From NCBI GenBank assembly GCA_963663035.1, contig OY760074.1, forward strand, positions 2,688,001-2,752,000: DNA of 64,000 nt, written 5' to 3'. Each line of letters starts with the position of its first letter. Position 1 is the stretch's first letter. The position numbers and the translations under genes are program-made. Source of the DNA: Acidobacteriota bacterium (GTDB lineage: Bacteria; Acidobacteriota; UBA6911; RPQK01; JADFOI01). Under the pieces are notes generated by a model. It saw only the letters and a list, made by a program, of their open reading frames with translations. It had not been told where the DNA came from and ran no database searches. Positions 10,237 to 19,381 of this stretch are shown in pieces.

Positions 10237-11159
10237 GTCGCTGTCCGATAACCTATGAATCCATTGGCAAAGGTCGCTATTCTCAGAAAGCGCTCCGCAA
10301 GCTGTCTCCACGGTTGGATGAATTGCTCGATTTTCCATACTCCGTCGAAGAACAGATTCATGAAGCGGAAAGAAGGGCTACCAAGATGTCGATTCAGGGC
10401 GTCCAACCCAAGCTCAGTGCAAAGCTGAACATCAAAGGCAAGGTCTTTGAAGTGGTGGACAGCGGAGGCCGTTTCATATTGAAGCCTCAAAATCAGCGCT
10501 ATCGATGCCTTCCTGAAAACGAAGCTATTACTATGCATCTAGCCTCTGCAGTCGGCATCGAGACCCCTTTCCATGGAATGATTTATTCGAAGGACAGCAC
10601 CTTAACCTACTTCATCAAACGTTTTGATCGTCGAGGCTATCGCAAGCGAGCACTTGAAGACTTTGCGCAGTTAGCCGGTCTGTCTCGCGAGACCAAATAC
10701 AACTATTCTATGGAACGATTAGTTCCAATTTTGGAACAGTACTGTACCTTCCCGGAATTGGAAAAACTAAAACTCTTTAGGCTGACTCTATTTAACTATT
10801 TGGTTGGCAATGAAGATGCCCATGTTAAGAATTTCTCCCTGATCCGAATAAACCACAAGGTAGGACTGAGTCCGGCGTATGACCTCTTGAACACGACAAT
10901 CGCCATGAAGGGAGTGACAGAGGAGCTGGCTCTGCCTCTAAACGGCAAGAAGAGCAAACTCAATCGAGATCTTTTCTTTGATTACTACGCAATTGACCGG
11001 CTGAAGCTAACCGAGCGTGCCATCAACCAGGTTGATCAGGAGTTCAAATCATCTATCGATTCCTGGGAATCATTGATTGAAAAGAGCTTTCTAACCGAGG
11101 AATTCAAACAGCAGTACTGGGAGGTTATCAGCCAGCGTCGAGCGATCCTGAAACTTTAG
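10233..11159 (+). CDS. HipA C-terminal-domain kinase toxin (HipT-like)
   Basis: MSIQGVQPK Gly-rich loop, FILKP, RFDR, EDFAQL, GNEDAHVKNFS, LSPAYDL. Confidence 0.9.
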   Translation: MSRCPITYESIGKGRYSQKALRKLSPRLDELLDFPYSVEEQIHEAERRATKMSIQGVQPKLSAKLNIKGKVFEVVDSGGRFILKPQNQRYRCLPENEAITMHLASAVGIETPFHGMIYSKDSTLTYFIKRFDRRGYRKRALEDFAQLAGLSRETKYNYSMERLVPILEQYCTFPELEKLKLFRLTLFNYLVGNEDAHVKNFSLIRINHKVGLSPAYDLLNTTIAMKGVTEELALPLNGKKSKLNRDLFFDYYAIDRLKLTERAINQVDQEFKSSIDSWESLIEKSFLTEEFKQQYWEVISQRRAILKL

Positions 11160-11193
11160 ACAAGGGGCAAGTTAATTTCAGCAGGGCGCCGAT

Positions 11194-11622
11194 TCAGGAG
11201 GAATCGACTGGACCAAATGGCTGTTCTGGCGTGTACCCACAGTACTCGCATTGTGAGATCTCTCCTCCCTGATGATTCCTCTTTAAGGTCATTGTCGCAA
11301 AGCTTCTGCATTTCCAGCATGAGTTACGGAAGAACCTATAGAGGGTAGCAACAATAGCCACAGCAAAAGGGAGTGCTAAAAGGCTTCCCAGAAAACCAAT
11401 AAAACTGCTACCAAGAAAGCTTCGTGACAGAAACAGACCGACGACGAGAAGAAAAAGGGCTAAGATGATCCCCAACCCGCACACAAGCCACGCAATCATC
11501 CAAACCAAAAGGGAGTGCTTTTCTTGAGTGGAGTTTGGCACCTCAGGAGCGGGCAACACATACCCACACTCGCATCGCAAGGCTGAAGAGGAGTTTTCCA
11601 AACCACAATCAGGACACTTCAA
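11194..11622 (-). CDS. Zinc-ribbon-containing membrane protein
   Basis: CPDC...CEC N-terminus, two hydrophobic segments, CWKC/CEYC C-terminus; AGGAGG upstream. Confidence 0.65.
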   Translation of the reverse strand: MKCPDCGLENSSSALRCECGYVLPAPEVPNSTQEKHSLLVWMIAWLVCGLGIILALFLLVVGLFLSRSFLGSSFIGFLGSLLALPFAVAIVATLYRFFRNSCWKCRSFATMTLKRNHQGGEISQCEYCGYTPEQPFGPVDSS

Positions 11623-11743
11623 AGCGGCCTCCTATTCGATGGTGAGGATTTCACACCATCGTAGACCTGTGGCTGCCCGAAGGCAAGCACAAATCGCCAG
11701 GCCGAGAACTCCTACCTTCTTGTTGTCCACAAAGGAGAGTAAT

Positions 11744-11950
11744 ATGAGGAGCATGGATGTGTTCTTGGCCGACCATCCGTGGGCTATCATTCTGATAGTA
11801 TTTTGGACTCTCCCGTGGAAAGGTGTGGCTCTGTGGAAGTCTGCTCGCCTTCTGCAAAAGGGGTGGTTCATTGCACTGCTGGTGCTTCAAACCTTGGGCC
11901 TGCTGGAGATTCTCTACATCTTCGTTTTCAGCAAAAGCAAAACCGATTGA
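11744..11950 (+). CDS. Small membrane protein, DUF5652-like
   Basis: AAGGAG then ATG 11744; WTLPWKGVALWKSAR...WFIALLVLQTLGLLEILYIF motif. Confidence 0.7.
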   Translation: MRSMDVFLADHPWAIILIVFWTLPWKGVALWKSARLLQKGWFIALLVLQTLGLLEILYIFVFSKSKTD

Positions 11951-12165
11951 GTGGGACACCTCCTTTCACTCTGTCGTCCCCGCCTTTTCGAGCCGATATC
12001 CACTAGCCTCAAAAATCAAACTCCTATATCCTAGATCGGCGCATAACTTTTCCTCCAAAACGGCTTAGCGTAGAGACGGCGAAGGTCCCTGCGGTAGCGG
12101 ACTGCCCGTTGGCGGGGACAGGTCATACACGCCAGTGATAAAAATTCTACCGAAGAGGTGAGTTT

Positions 12166-13512
12166 ATGCCTGAATGTTTTCGCTCCGTACTGGAGCGACT
12201 GGATAAAGACAATGAGTTGTTGCACATCCGCAAGCCCATAGATGTGCGCTATATATCCCCGCTGATCGTACAGGCCGACAAGCCGGTCTGGTTTCACGCT
12301 CCCATTGGTTTCGACATTCCGGTGGTGAGCGGACTGTATTGGAAACGCGATCGACTGGCCCGGTCTTTGAACTGGCCGGAGAGTGAACTGGGCGTTCGGT
12401 TTCCCCGAGGTGTTCAGAAGATGATGGACCCGGTCACGGTTCAAGAAGCACCCTGCCAGGAAGTCGTAAAGTTGGGCGATGAAGTGGATCTGACGGAATT
12501 GCCGATACCCTTTCTGGGAGAGCGTGATGGAGGGGCCTTTATCTCAGCGGGGGTCCTGCTTGCCCGCGATGATGAAGGTGTTGTCAATGCTGGAGTCTAT
12601 CGGCTGATGTACCGCAGCCGCAATGAGACATCGGTGGACCTGGTCACCAACTCCGATCTGAGAAGATGTTACGAGGCGTCCTTCAAACGTCAGGAACCGC
12701 TGCCCATTGCCGTTTGTATTGGCGTTCATCCCTTTGAAATGCTCTGTGCTGCCTTCAAGGCACCGCCCGGAGTGTGCGAGATGAATATTGCGGCAGGACT
12801 TCATGGCGAGCCGGTTCGGATGGTCCCGGCCAAAACCAGCGGCCTGCCGGTACTGGCCGACTGCGAAATCGTTCTGGAAGGCGAGATCGCCCCGGTGGGA
12901 TGGACGGTCGATGAAGGTCCTTTCGGGGATTTTGCCGGAATGTATACGGGGGTGAGGTGGAATCCCACCTTCAGTGTCAAGGCCATGACTCACCGCAGAG
13001 ACCCCCTCTTTCAGGTCATTCAGATGCCTTGGGAGAACGCCTGGCTGGGGGCAGTGGCCATGGAGGCTCAGATTCTGGAGGTACTGTCAGCGGCCGGTGT
13101 CCACACCGTGGCGGTGCGGGTCACCGAGGGAAGCGCTTGCCGTTGGTCTGTGATCGTTTCCATTCGAAAGAGGGCGGGAGGAGGGAAGAACGCCCTGATG
13201 GCCATTCTCTCCCTTCCGGACACCAAGCACGCCGTGGTGGTGGATGAGGACGTGGACATCTTCGACCCGGAGCAGGTGGAATGGGCCAAGACCTTTCGAG
13301 TGCAGGCTGATCAGGATGTCATAATTATCAGTGGTGCCCAGGGCAAGCACATCGATCCCAGCGTGCGAGCCTGGGAGCTGCCCAAGGGACAGCTTCCCAC
13401 CACCTCCAAGATGGGCATCGACGCAACCACTCCCGAAGGCATCTCACCCGATCACTACGAGATTATTACCCATCCTTTTCGCGACAAGGTGAAGCTTGAG
13501 TCTTTCCTCTGA
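12166..13512 (+). CDS. UbiD-family (prFMN-dependent) decarboxylase
   Basis: VDLTELPIP...RDGGAFI, NAGVYR, EIVLEG, EGPFGDF, VVVDEDVDIFD, KMGIDAT. Confidence 0.92.
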   Translation: MPECFRSVLERLDKDNELLHIRKPIDVRYISPLIVQADKPVWFHAPIGFDIPVVSGLYWKRDRLARSLNWPESELGVRFPRGVQKMMDPVTVQEAPCQEVVKLGDEVDLTELPIPFLGERDGGAFISAGVLLARDDEGVVNAGVYRLMYRSRNETSVDLVTNSDLRRCYEASFKRQEPLPIAVCIGVHPFEMLCAAFKAPPGVCEMNIAAGLHGEPVRMVPAKTSGLPVLADCEIVLEGEIAPVGWTVDEGPFGDFAGMYTGVRWNPTFSVKAMTHRRDPLFQVIQMPWENAWLGAVAMEAQILEVLSAAGVHTVAVRVTEGSACRWSVIVSIRKRAGGGKNALMAILSLPDTKHAVVVDEDVDIFDPEQVEWAKTFRVQADQDVIIISGAQGKHIDPSVRAWELPKGQLPTTSKMGIDATTPEGISPDHYEIITHPFRDKVKLESFL

Positions 13513-13681
13513 AATCGCCGAGAGGATTCTCACTCTCTTGAAAGAAGAGCCGATGTCTTTTTACGCCATCCTCCAGGCCCTGGAGGACGTGGATTATAGG
13601 GTCATTCTGCAAGCGTGGGGAATTCTGAGGGAAAAGGACCTGCTGGCCCGGGACGAAGAAGGGAGATTCTTGCTCCGCTAG
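13496..13681 (+). CDS. Small hypothetical protein (possibly wHTH-like) overlapping the ubiD-family stop
   Basis: 61 aa ORF overlapping the upstream stop; plausible composition. Confidence 0.5.
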   Translation: MSLSSEIAERILTLLKEEPMSFYAILQALEDVDYRVILQAWGILREKDLLARDEEGRFLLR

Positions 13682-13742
13682 CCGAGAAGAAGAATTGCCG
13701 TGGGTGCTTTCTGGATTGAACCGCTTCATTTTCTTAATAAAG

Positions 13743-13825
13743 AGGTTGTGGGAGTACCTCTTGGTAGTGGGCAGGTCCAACTCGAACAATCAGAGAATCA
13801 TTCAACACTCCGCAGGCCATGCCTG
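13743..13825 (-). pseudogene. tfoX: Internally deleted tfoX fragment (copy of 96-174)
   Basis: 74/79 bases identical to 96-174; encodes MACGVLNDSLIVRVGPAHYQE. Confidence 0.85.
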
Positions 13826-13865
13826 ATTCTGTTCTCGCTCCCAGCTGAAAGGAAAGGACTTGAAA

Positions 13866-13912
13866 TGGCGGGGCCGACGAGACTCGAACTCGCGACCTCC
13901 GGCGTGACAGGC
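13866..13912 (-). other. 3' half of tRNA-Asp(GTC); attR-like integration scar 1
   Basis: Reverse complement GCCTGTCACGCCGGAGGTCGCGAGTTCGAGTCTCGTCGGCCCCGCCA: anticodon loop, T-arm, CCA; no D-arm or 5' half. Confidence 0.9.
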
Positions 13913-14048
13913 CCTTTCTGATCCTGCACAAACTGCACACGAGAAGTGCACACACCGCAGTTTCAACAACTTCCAGCAATTCACAGAAATCACCATTTTC
14001 CCCATTAGTCTCAATTAGATCTGCAAACAGGACAAAAACAGGACACCG
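13866..14048. repeat. Direct repeat A1 (tRNA fragment + ~135 bp arm); second copy at 16670-16852
   Basis: Near-identical from TGGCGGGG to CAAAAACAGGACACCG with scattered substitutions. Confidence 0.9.
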
Positions 14049-14049
14049 G

Positions 14050-14277
14050 ATCTTCCTCATCTGTGGACACAAGGTCATGCTGGATGCCGACCTGGCACAA
14101 CTCTATGAAGTTTCAACCGGACGAATAGACAAGCAGGTTAAGCGGAACCGTGAGTGCTTGCAAAGAAGGGCTGGATAACTTGAAATCGCAAATTGCGACT
14201 TCAAGTTCGTAGGGTTGAAGACGATGCTCGCGACCTTACACATTCGCACAGGAAGGCGTCGCCATGCTCTCTAGCTA
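14050..14277 (+). pseudogene. ORF6N-domain gene, degenerate N-terminal part
   Basis: GHKVMLDADLAQLYEVSTGRIDKQVKRN..., later FAQEGVAMLSS; broken frames. Confidence 0.7.
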
Positions 14278-14309
14278 TGGCTAGGGATACAACGGCCTGT
14301 GCTGCGTGG

Positions 14310-15293
14310 TTATGTCTCGTCAGAGGTGCTGAGCCTACGGTGTTCGCGTACATTGAGGGCCTTCCATAAGAGACCGGGGTGCGAACGGATCGTGGCCTGG
14401 AGGTCCCTATCGTCTGTGAGCAGTTCAGAGGCGATTTCACCGCGCTCGTTGAGGAAGTCAAGAAACTCGATCTCATTAGCGGTTAGAGGCAGAACAGCTG
14501 AGAGCAGGTCCCGGCAACCCGTGAGTAACTGTTCAGTCCAGTTGGCGATCTCCTCTCGGCGCGGCGCAACATGCGCACGCAGCAGCGGAACGAGCTCTCT
14601 CTCCACATCTGCGGAAACGATTTGTAGGTCGTTAAGCGAGACAGTCCGCCAGTCGTGCCGGTTGATCCCTCCATAGACGACGAATCCCGTACGGAGCTTC
14701 TCGGCATCGAGCGCGACCGAGCCGAGTAGCTCACGAACATCAAACAGGTCGCGGCTGGCAGTGCGGCCAAAGAGCGCGGCCAGCTTTCCGGCGGCGAGTT
14801 CGTGAAGGTCCAGCATCGGCACCTGCGTGACGCCGAAAGATCCGACGCGCTTCGAGTCGGCGATGGCAGGCGGCCACAGCGGCGTCCGCAGCATGAAGTT
14901 GACGTCGAGCTCGAGGCTCCTGGCGCCTCCGGTCACGCCGGTATATGAGAGGCGCCACTTGCCTCCCGCATGATCCCTGGGCATGCGTCGTATCTGGATT
15001 CCCAATCGCCCGCAAACCGCCTGGACAGCCTGCTCGAGCTTCGGGCGTTCGGTGAGCATGATCTCTCTGTCTGCCGCCCCGACGTAGTTCAGGTCGATGT
15101 CGACCGACAGCCGGGGAATATCGAAAACAAACAGGTTGAAAGCAGTTCCGCCCTTGAGCGCGATACGCGTCTTGAGAAAAGGATGGCTGCGCAACCCCTC
15201 CAGCAGCTCCATGAGGCGGATAACCTTCTCCAACGCTTCGGACCGGAACCCGGTCGCAGCTGCTTCGCGTTGCAGGTCAGCTTCGCTGAGCAT
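14310..15293 (-). CDS. abiEii: AbiEii/AbiGii-family nucleotidyltransferase toxin
   Basis: LKGGTAFNL...RLSVDIDLNY, ELAAGKLAAL...RDLFD; ATG 15293 coupled (TGATG) to the upstream gene. Confidence 0.88.
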   Translation of the reverse strand: MLSEADLQREAAATGFRSEALEKVIRLMELLEGLRSHPFLKTRIALKGGTAFNLFVFDIPRLSVDIDLNYVGAADREIMLTERPKLEQAVQAVCGRLGIQIRRMPRDHAGGKWRLSYTGVTGGARSLELDVNFMLRTPLWPPAIADSKRVGSFGVTQVPMLDLHELAAGKLAALFGRTASRDLFDVRELLGSVALDAEKLRTGFVVYGGINRHDWRTVSLNDLQIVSADVERELVPLLRAHVAPRREEIANWTEQLLTGCRDLLSAVLPLTANEIEFLDFLNERGEIASELLTDDRDLQATIRSHPGLLWKALNVREHRRLSTSDET

Positions 15294-16108
15294 CAGCTGA
15301 CCTCCGCCCAGGATCGGGTGAGGATAGGCTCGGGTACGATCAGGTTCCAATTGGTGACCAGTTTCCCGGACTCACGCCTGGCGTCGAGATAGCGAGGTTG
15401 GGACGGGGCGAGAGCTCGCAGTGCTTCAAGGTGACATTCCTCAACCATGAGCTGTTCCCGATGCTGCTCCAAGAAGAAACCGACTCGCGCCGCCGTCAGG
15501 GCCGAGCCTAGTTTCGTAGCGTAATCGATGACCTCGTCAAGATCGAAGAACTCGACCATCTCCAGTGAGCGCCAGACCTCTTCCCAGCCGCCACACCGAT
15601 TTGGTGCATTGAGAACATCGACCAGAGTGCGCTCCAGGGTCGTCACACGTGCCCTGCCTCCGGCGTGGGGTTTTTCTTGGACACCCCCTCCCAGATCGGC
15701 AAGGGAACGCACAGCAACCGGCGCCTGTACTGGAACGAACTCGAAGTCGCGGAAGAAGTGTGTGCGCACACGCGCACGGGTAAGGTAGTGGAAGCGGCGC
15801 CAGAGAGAGTAGACCTTGCCATGAAACTGGAGTGCAGCGTGGTAAGCCACGATGGCATCTTCAGTGAGCTTGGTGGCGAGCAGATAGGGATCGACCTGCA
15901 TGTTCTCGGGCGAAACGCCGCGCGGAACCGTCGCATAGAGCCCGCGGCGAACATGAGTCAGGTTGCCTGCTGCCACGTGCTGTTTGAGAACCGTAGCACT
16001 CGTCTGCGGACTCCGCTCTCCAGATTCCGTGTGAGCCGCCACAAAATCCTTAGAGCGAAACACCGGATGCTGGGCGAAGAAGTCAAGAGGTTTCATGGAC
16101 TTTCCCAT
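15293..16108 (-). CDS. abiEi: AbiEi-family antitoxin/transcription regulator (type IV TA)
   Basis: HVRRGLY, AYHAALQFHG, VTTLERTLVD motifs; immediately upstream of AbiEii. Confidence 0.85.
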   Translation of the reverse strand: MGKSMKPLDFFAQHPVFRSKDFVAAHTESGERSPQTSATVLKQHVAAGNLTHVRRGLYATVPRGVSPENMQVDPYLLATKLTEDAIVAYHAALQFHGKVYSLWRRFHYLTRARVRTHFFRDFEFVPVQAPVAVRSLADLGGGVQEKPHAGGRARVTTLERTLVDVLNAPNRCGGWEEVWRSLEMVEFFDLDEVIDYATKLGSALTAARVGFFLEQHREQLMVEECHLEALRALAPSQPRYLDARRESGKLVTNWNLIVPEPILTRSWAEVS

Positions 16109-16254
16109 TCGTGCTGTTATAGGTATGAATTATACCCGTAATGATACTTTTAATAAAGTAACCCGGTGACTTGCGGATACTCATCAAAACGGGCATAAAA
16201 ATTACCCGTATCGGCACAGACCAGCAAGTCCTTAACGAGAATCACAAGCGGGCG

Positions 16255-16515
16255 AGCCTTCACACAGGAAGGCGCCATGCCTCTAGCGTTCTCCGCAGCA
16301 AACGCGCTGTCCAGGTCAATATTGCCGTTATGCGCGCTTTTGTGAAACTCCGAGAACTCTTGGCCACTCACAAAGATTTGGCACGAAAACTTGACGCCCT
16401 GGAGAAGAAGTACGATGCCCAACTTCAAGTGGTCTTCGGCGCGATCCGCAAGCTCATGGAACCAGAGGAACTACCACCAAGACAACAAATAGGATTCAAA
16501 GCCAAAAAAGAGTAG
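16255..16515 (+). pseudogene. ORF6N-domain gene, C-terminal part
   Basis: SSVLRSKRAVQVNIAVMRAFVKLRELL...QQIGFK; near-identical to 17406-17625. Confidence 0.8.
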
Positions 16516-16609
16516 GCATTTCCCCACTCCTTTCCTTCCCACCGACCACCTCAGAATCGCCGATTGGGAGGGGAGTCTAATCATTGGACAAGGTGGAGAA
16601 ATTACCACT
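16296..16609. repeat. Direct repeat B1 (ORF6N 3' half + downstream DNA); second copy at 17406-17724
   Basis: Direct comparison of both segments shows high identity. Confidence 0.9.
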
Positions 16610-16669
16610 ATTGTCACCCCGAGTCCTCATTTAGGTTACTGTAAGTTCTTACAAGATAAGAGGAAAATG

Positions 16670-16716
16670 TGGCGGGGCCGACGAGACTCGAACTCGCGAC
16701 CTCCGGCGTGAGAGGC
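16670..16716 (-). other. 3' half of tRNA-Asp-derived sequence whose loop reads CTC; attR-like scar 2
   Basis: Reverse complement GCCTCTCACGCCGGAGGTCGCGAGTTCGAGTCTCGTCGGCCCCGCCA; differs from scar 1 at one anticodon base. Confidence 0.88.
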
Positions 16717-17081
16717 GCTTTCTGATCCTGCACAAACTGCGCACGAAAAGTGCACACACCGCAGTTTCAACAACTTCCGGCAATTCACAGAAACCACCAT
16801 TTTCCCCATTGGTCTCAAATAGATCTGAAAACAAGACAAAAACAGGACACCGTTAATGGGCAGTAAAGGAGAACTTGATGCATGGAATGAATGAATACAT
16901 CGTTTCCCAACCAATCCTCTCAGAATCTCCGATCGGAGAAGCCTCTATGCTCATCCGGGAAAGGACTCGAGATTGGCGTACAAGCCACGATCTCCACTGG
17001 GCCTTACCAACTACTATACCTGAATTGACGGATCCTTTGGGTTTCTTTAGGCTACTCTCAGAAAGGTTAACTCCAGGATTC

Positions 17082-17625
17082 ATGCCAAACAGACCATCAA
17101 AATCAGATCAAAAAATCATCCCTGAAGTCTATTCAACAGCAGATCTACCTCATCCGCAGGCAAAAAGTCATGCTCGACAGGGATTTAGCTGAGCTCTACG
17201 GGGTTACCACTAAGGCTTTCAATCAAGCTGTAAAACGAAACCTCGAGCGGTTCCCGGGTGACTTTATGTTCCAACTTAATGAGGCCGAGCTTGAAAATTG
17301 GAGGTCACAAATTGTGACTTCCAATCCGTCCGCAAAGATGGGTCTCCGCCGGAGACCTTATGCCTTCACCGAACAAGGCGTAGCTATGCTTTCCAGCGTA
17401 CTTCACAGCAAACGCGCTGTCCAGGTCAATATCGCCATTATGCGCGCTTTTGTGAAACTCCGAGAACTCTTGGCAAGTCACAAAGATCTGGCACGAAAAC
17501 TTGACGCCCTAGAGAAGAAGTACGATGTCCACTTTCAAGTGGTCTTCGACGCGATCCGCAAGCTCATGGAACCAGAGGAACTACCACCAAGACAACAAAT
17601 AGGATTCAAAGCCAGAAAAGAGTAG
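17082..17625 (+). CDS. ORF6N-domain DNA-binding protein (N-terminus apparently frameshifted; ORF 17170..17625)
   Basis: MLDRDLAELYGVTTKAFNQAVKRNLERFPGDFMFQL...PYAFTEQGVAMLSSVL. Confidence 0.85.
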
Positions 17626-17847
17626 GCACTTCCCCACTCTTTTTCTTTTCTCCCCAGCAATGGCCTCAGAATCGCCGATTGGGAGCGGAGTCTAATCACC
17701 GGACAAGGTGGAGGAATTACCACTTAATCTGTGGTGGAAGGCAGCTGCAATTCAGCGGTGCTGTCATTATTGTTTACCCGTGGATTTTTTTGATGAATTG
17801 CGCTGGCTTGGAGTTGCCCCTCTCCGCAAGGGACGCCACATTCCTAC

Positions 17848-18078
17848 TTAGGCAACGCTTCGCTGATGACTAGCCAATGACTCGGGGATCCTACTGAGGG
17901 GGGCATTTTCCAACGGCCAAGGCTCGATCCACAGGTCCCCTACCTTGTGACCTGCAAAGAGTTTCTTTGCCATTTGGCGACACACTCCCTTGATTTCCCT
18001 CTGGGAGGCATTAGACGCCAGCGACAAAATCCGAATCTCTCCGTCGACATCGACCACAACTGCGTATTTTTTTGACAT
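17848..18078 (-). CDS. Hypothetical protein
   Basis: 76 aa ORF with AGGAG RBS. Confidence 0.5.
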   Translation of the reverse strand: MSKKYAVVVDVDGEIRILSLASNASQREIKGVCRQMAKKLFAGHKVGDLWIEPWPLENAPLSRIPESLASHQRSVA

Positions 18079-18126
18079 ATTACTTCTCCTCGTCCATTTT
18101 GGTGAAATGCCATTAGCGAGGCAGCT

Positions 18127-18609
18127 CTAGCGCAAGAGTCTCTTTATGTCTTTAGCAAGCTGTTCGCACCTCTTGGCTAGTTCGGGAGTATCAGCATGGA
18201 CAACGGTCGGGTTGCTGAACCGTTGATAAAGCTTCAAAGAAGCATTAGCTAGCTCCGTAACTTTCTTGCGCAGTTCCTGGTCTCGCCGTTGCGCATCTTT
18301 TATCTTTTCCACTTCCCGGCGAACCTCTTCCGCTTGGGCAAGATTCATCTGCATGTTCACTGTTTCAATGATGCCATAGCGCTGTGCGACCTTATACCAA
18401 GGCACTTGTCCGTGGAATGGAGAGGGGATTTCCATACCTTGGCCCCGCAGCTTGGAAGTATTCTGGCCCAAAACGGCCACACTCATCCCCACAAAAAGCA
18501 GGAGCAGGGAAGCCACCAAAACCACTTTCTTTTCCATCTTCCGGTGAGCCTCTTCTTCTCGTTGAGATTGATAAAATATTTGCCACCTGGTTTGAGTTAA
18601 GTCTTCCAT
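18127..18609 (-). CDS. Membrane-anchored hypothetical protein (coiled-coil C-terminus)
   Basis: One hydrophobic segment; GGGAG RBS; sigma54-like promoter upstream. Confidence 0.6.
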   Translation of the reverse strand: MEDLTQTRWQIFYQSQREEEAHRKMEKKVVLVASLLLLFVGMSVAVLGQNTSKLRGQGMEIPSPFHGQVPWYKVAQRYGIIETVNMQMNLAQAEEVRREVEKIKDAQRRDQELRKKVTELANASLKLYQRFSNPTVVHADTPELAKRCEQLAKDIKRLLR

Positions 18610-18641
18610 TAGTTACTCCCTTCAATTACGCCTCTCCTTCT

Positions 18642-18658
18642 TGCAACCTGCGTGCCAA
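18642..18658 (-). promoter_or_regulatory. Sigma54 -24/-12 promoter
   Basis: Reverse complement TTGGCACGCAGGTTGCA matches TGGCAC-N5-TTGC, about 33 bp upstream of the ATG at 18609. Confidence 0.75.
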
Positions 18659-18979
18659 AGCGAGTGATCTGAGCTAACCTATTAATTAATAGATAGTTAA
18701 GGGTGTAAGGACCACCCAGTCGAGGACAACGAAATTTCCTAACACTTATAAAAATCCGTTGTTAAAGAACGAAATCTCGCTCATACTCACTGAATCACCG
18801 GGCGGAATTATAGACACTCTGAACTTCCGCATGCCCAGGCGCCTCAGGATCCAGGCCTCGACTCAATCGTTGAAGCTGGTGAATCCCAAGGGGAGGTATG
18901 GTCGGAGATTCGCGATCGTGTTACCTACCCAGAAATACCGGCTTAGTACCCACCGCTTGCAAAGATGGCATTCCGAGTG

Positions 18980-19185
18980 TCCTATGCAACCTTTCCAGGA
19001 AGCGTGATTGGGTGGAAAGCGTGAATGGTCCTTTTTGAGTGCGTCTCTGGACTTTTTGTCCTGCTGACTCTGCGTCGACTAGAACAGCCAGTCGCCGCTG
19101 GTCTTTTGCTCTTTGGGTGGAACCCGCTGTTAATCAAATCCTTCGCAGGAAGCGGGCATTACGACGCCATTTTAGTACTGACCTT
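18980..19185 (+). pseudogene. Fragment of a membrane glycosyltransferase (GT87/DUF2029-like)
   Basis: GSVIGWKA*MVLFE...LLLFGWNPLLIKSFAGSGHYD; internal stop, truncated. Confidence 0.5.
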
Positions 19186-19381
19186 GCGTACAAGTCACGG
19201 AACTCAGCATACATGATATCGAGGTGAAGGAAATCAAGGTATTAAAGCCGCGGAAAGAATCCTGAGTATACCAGGCTTTTGGGCTGGAGCGGAACCGGAA
19301 GAAGGCCCGGCAAACTGGAAAGGACAGTCCCCAGTTTTCCGGGCCCGACTTGGATGATGAGCGTACTTCGCTTGGATGGAT

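Noticed and set aside
13866-16716. Functional tRNA-Asp / tRNA-Glu genes
   Set aside because: Only 3' halves; no 5' acceptor strand or D-arm, and the anticodon stem is incomplete.
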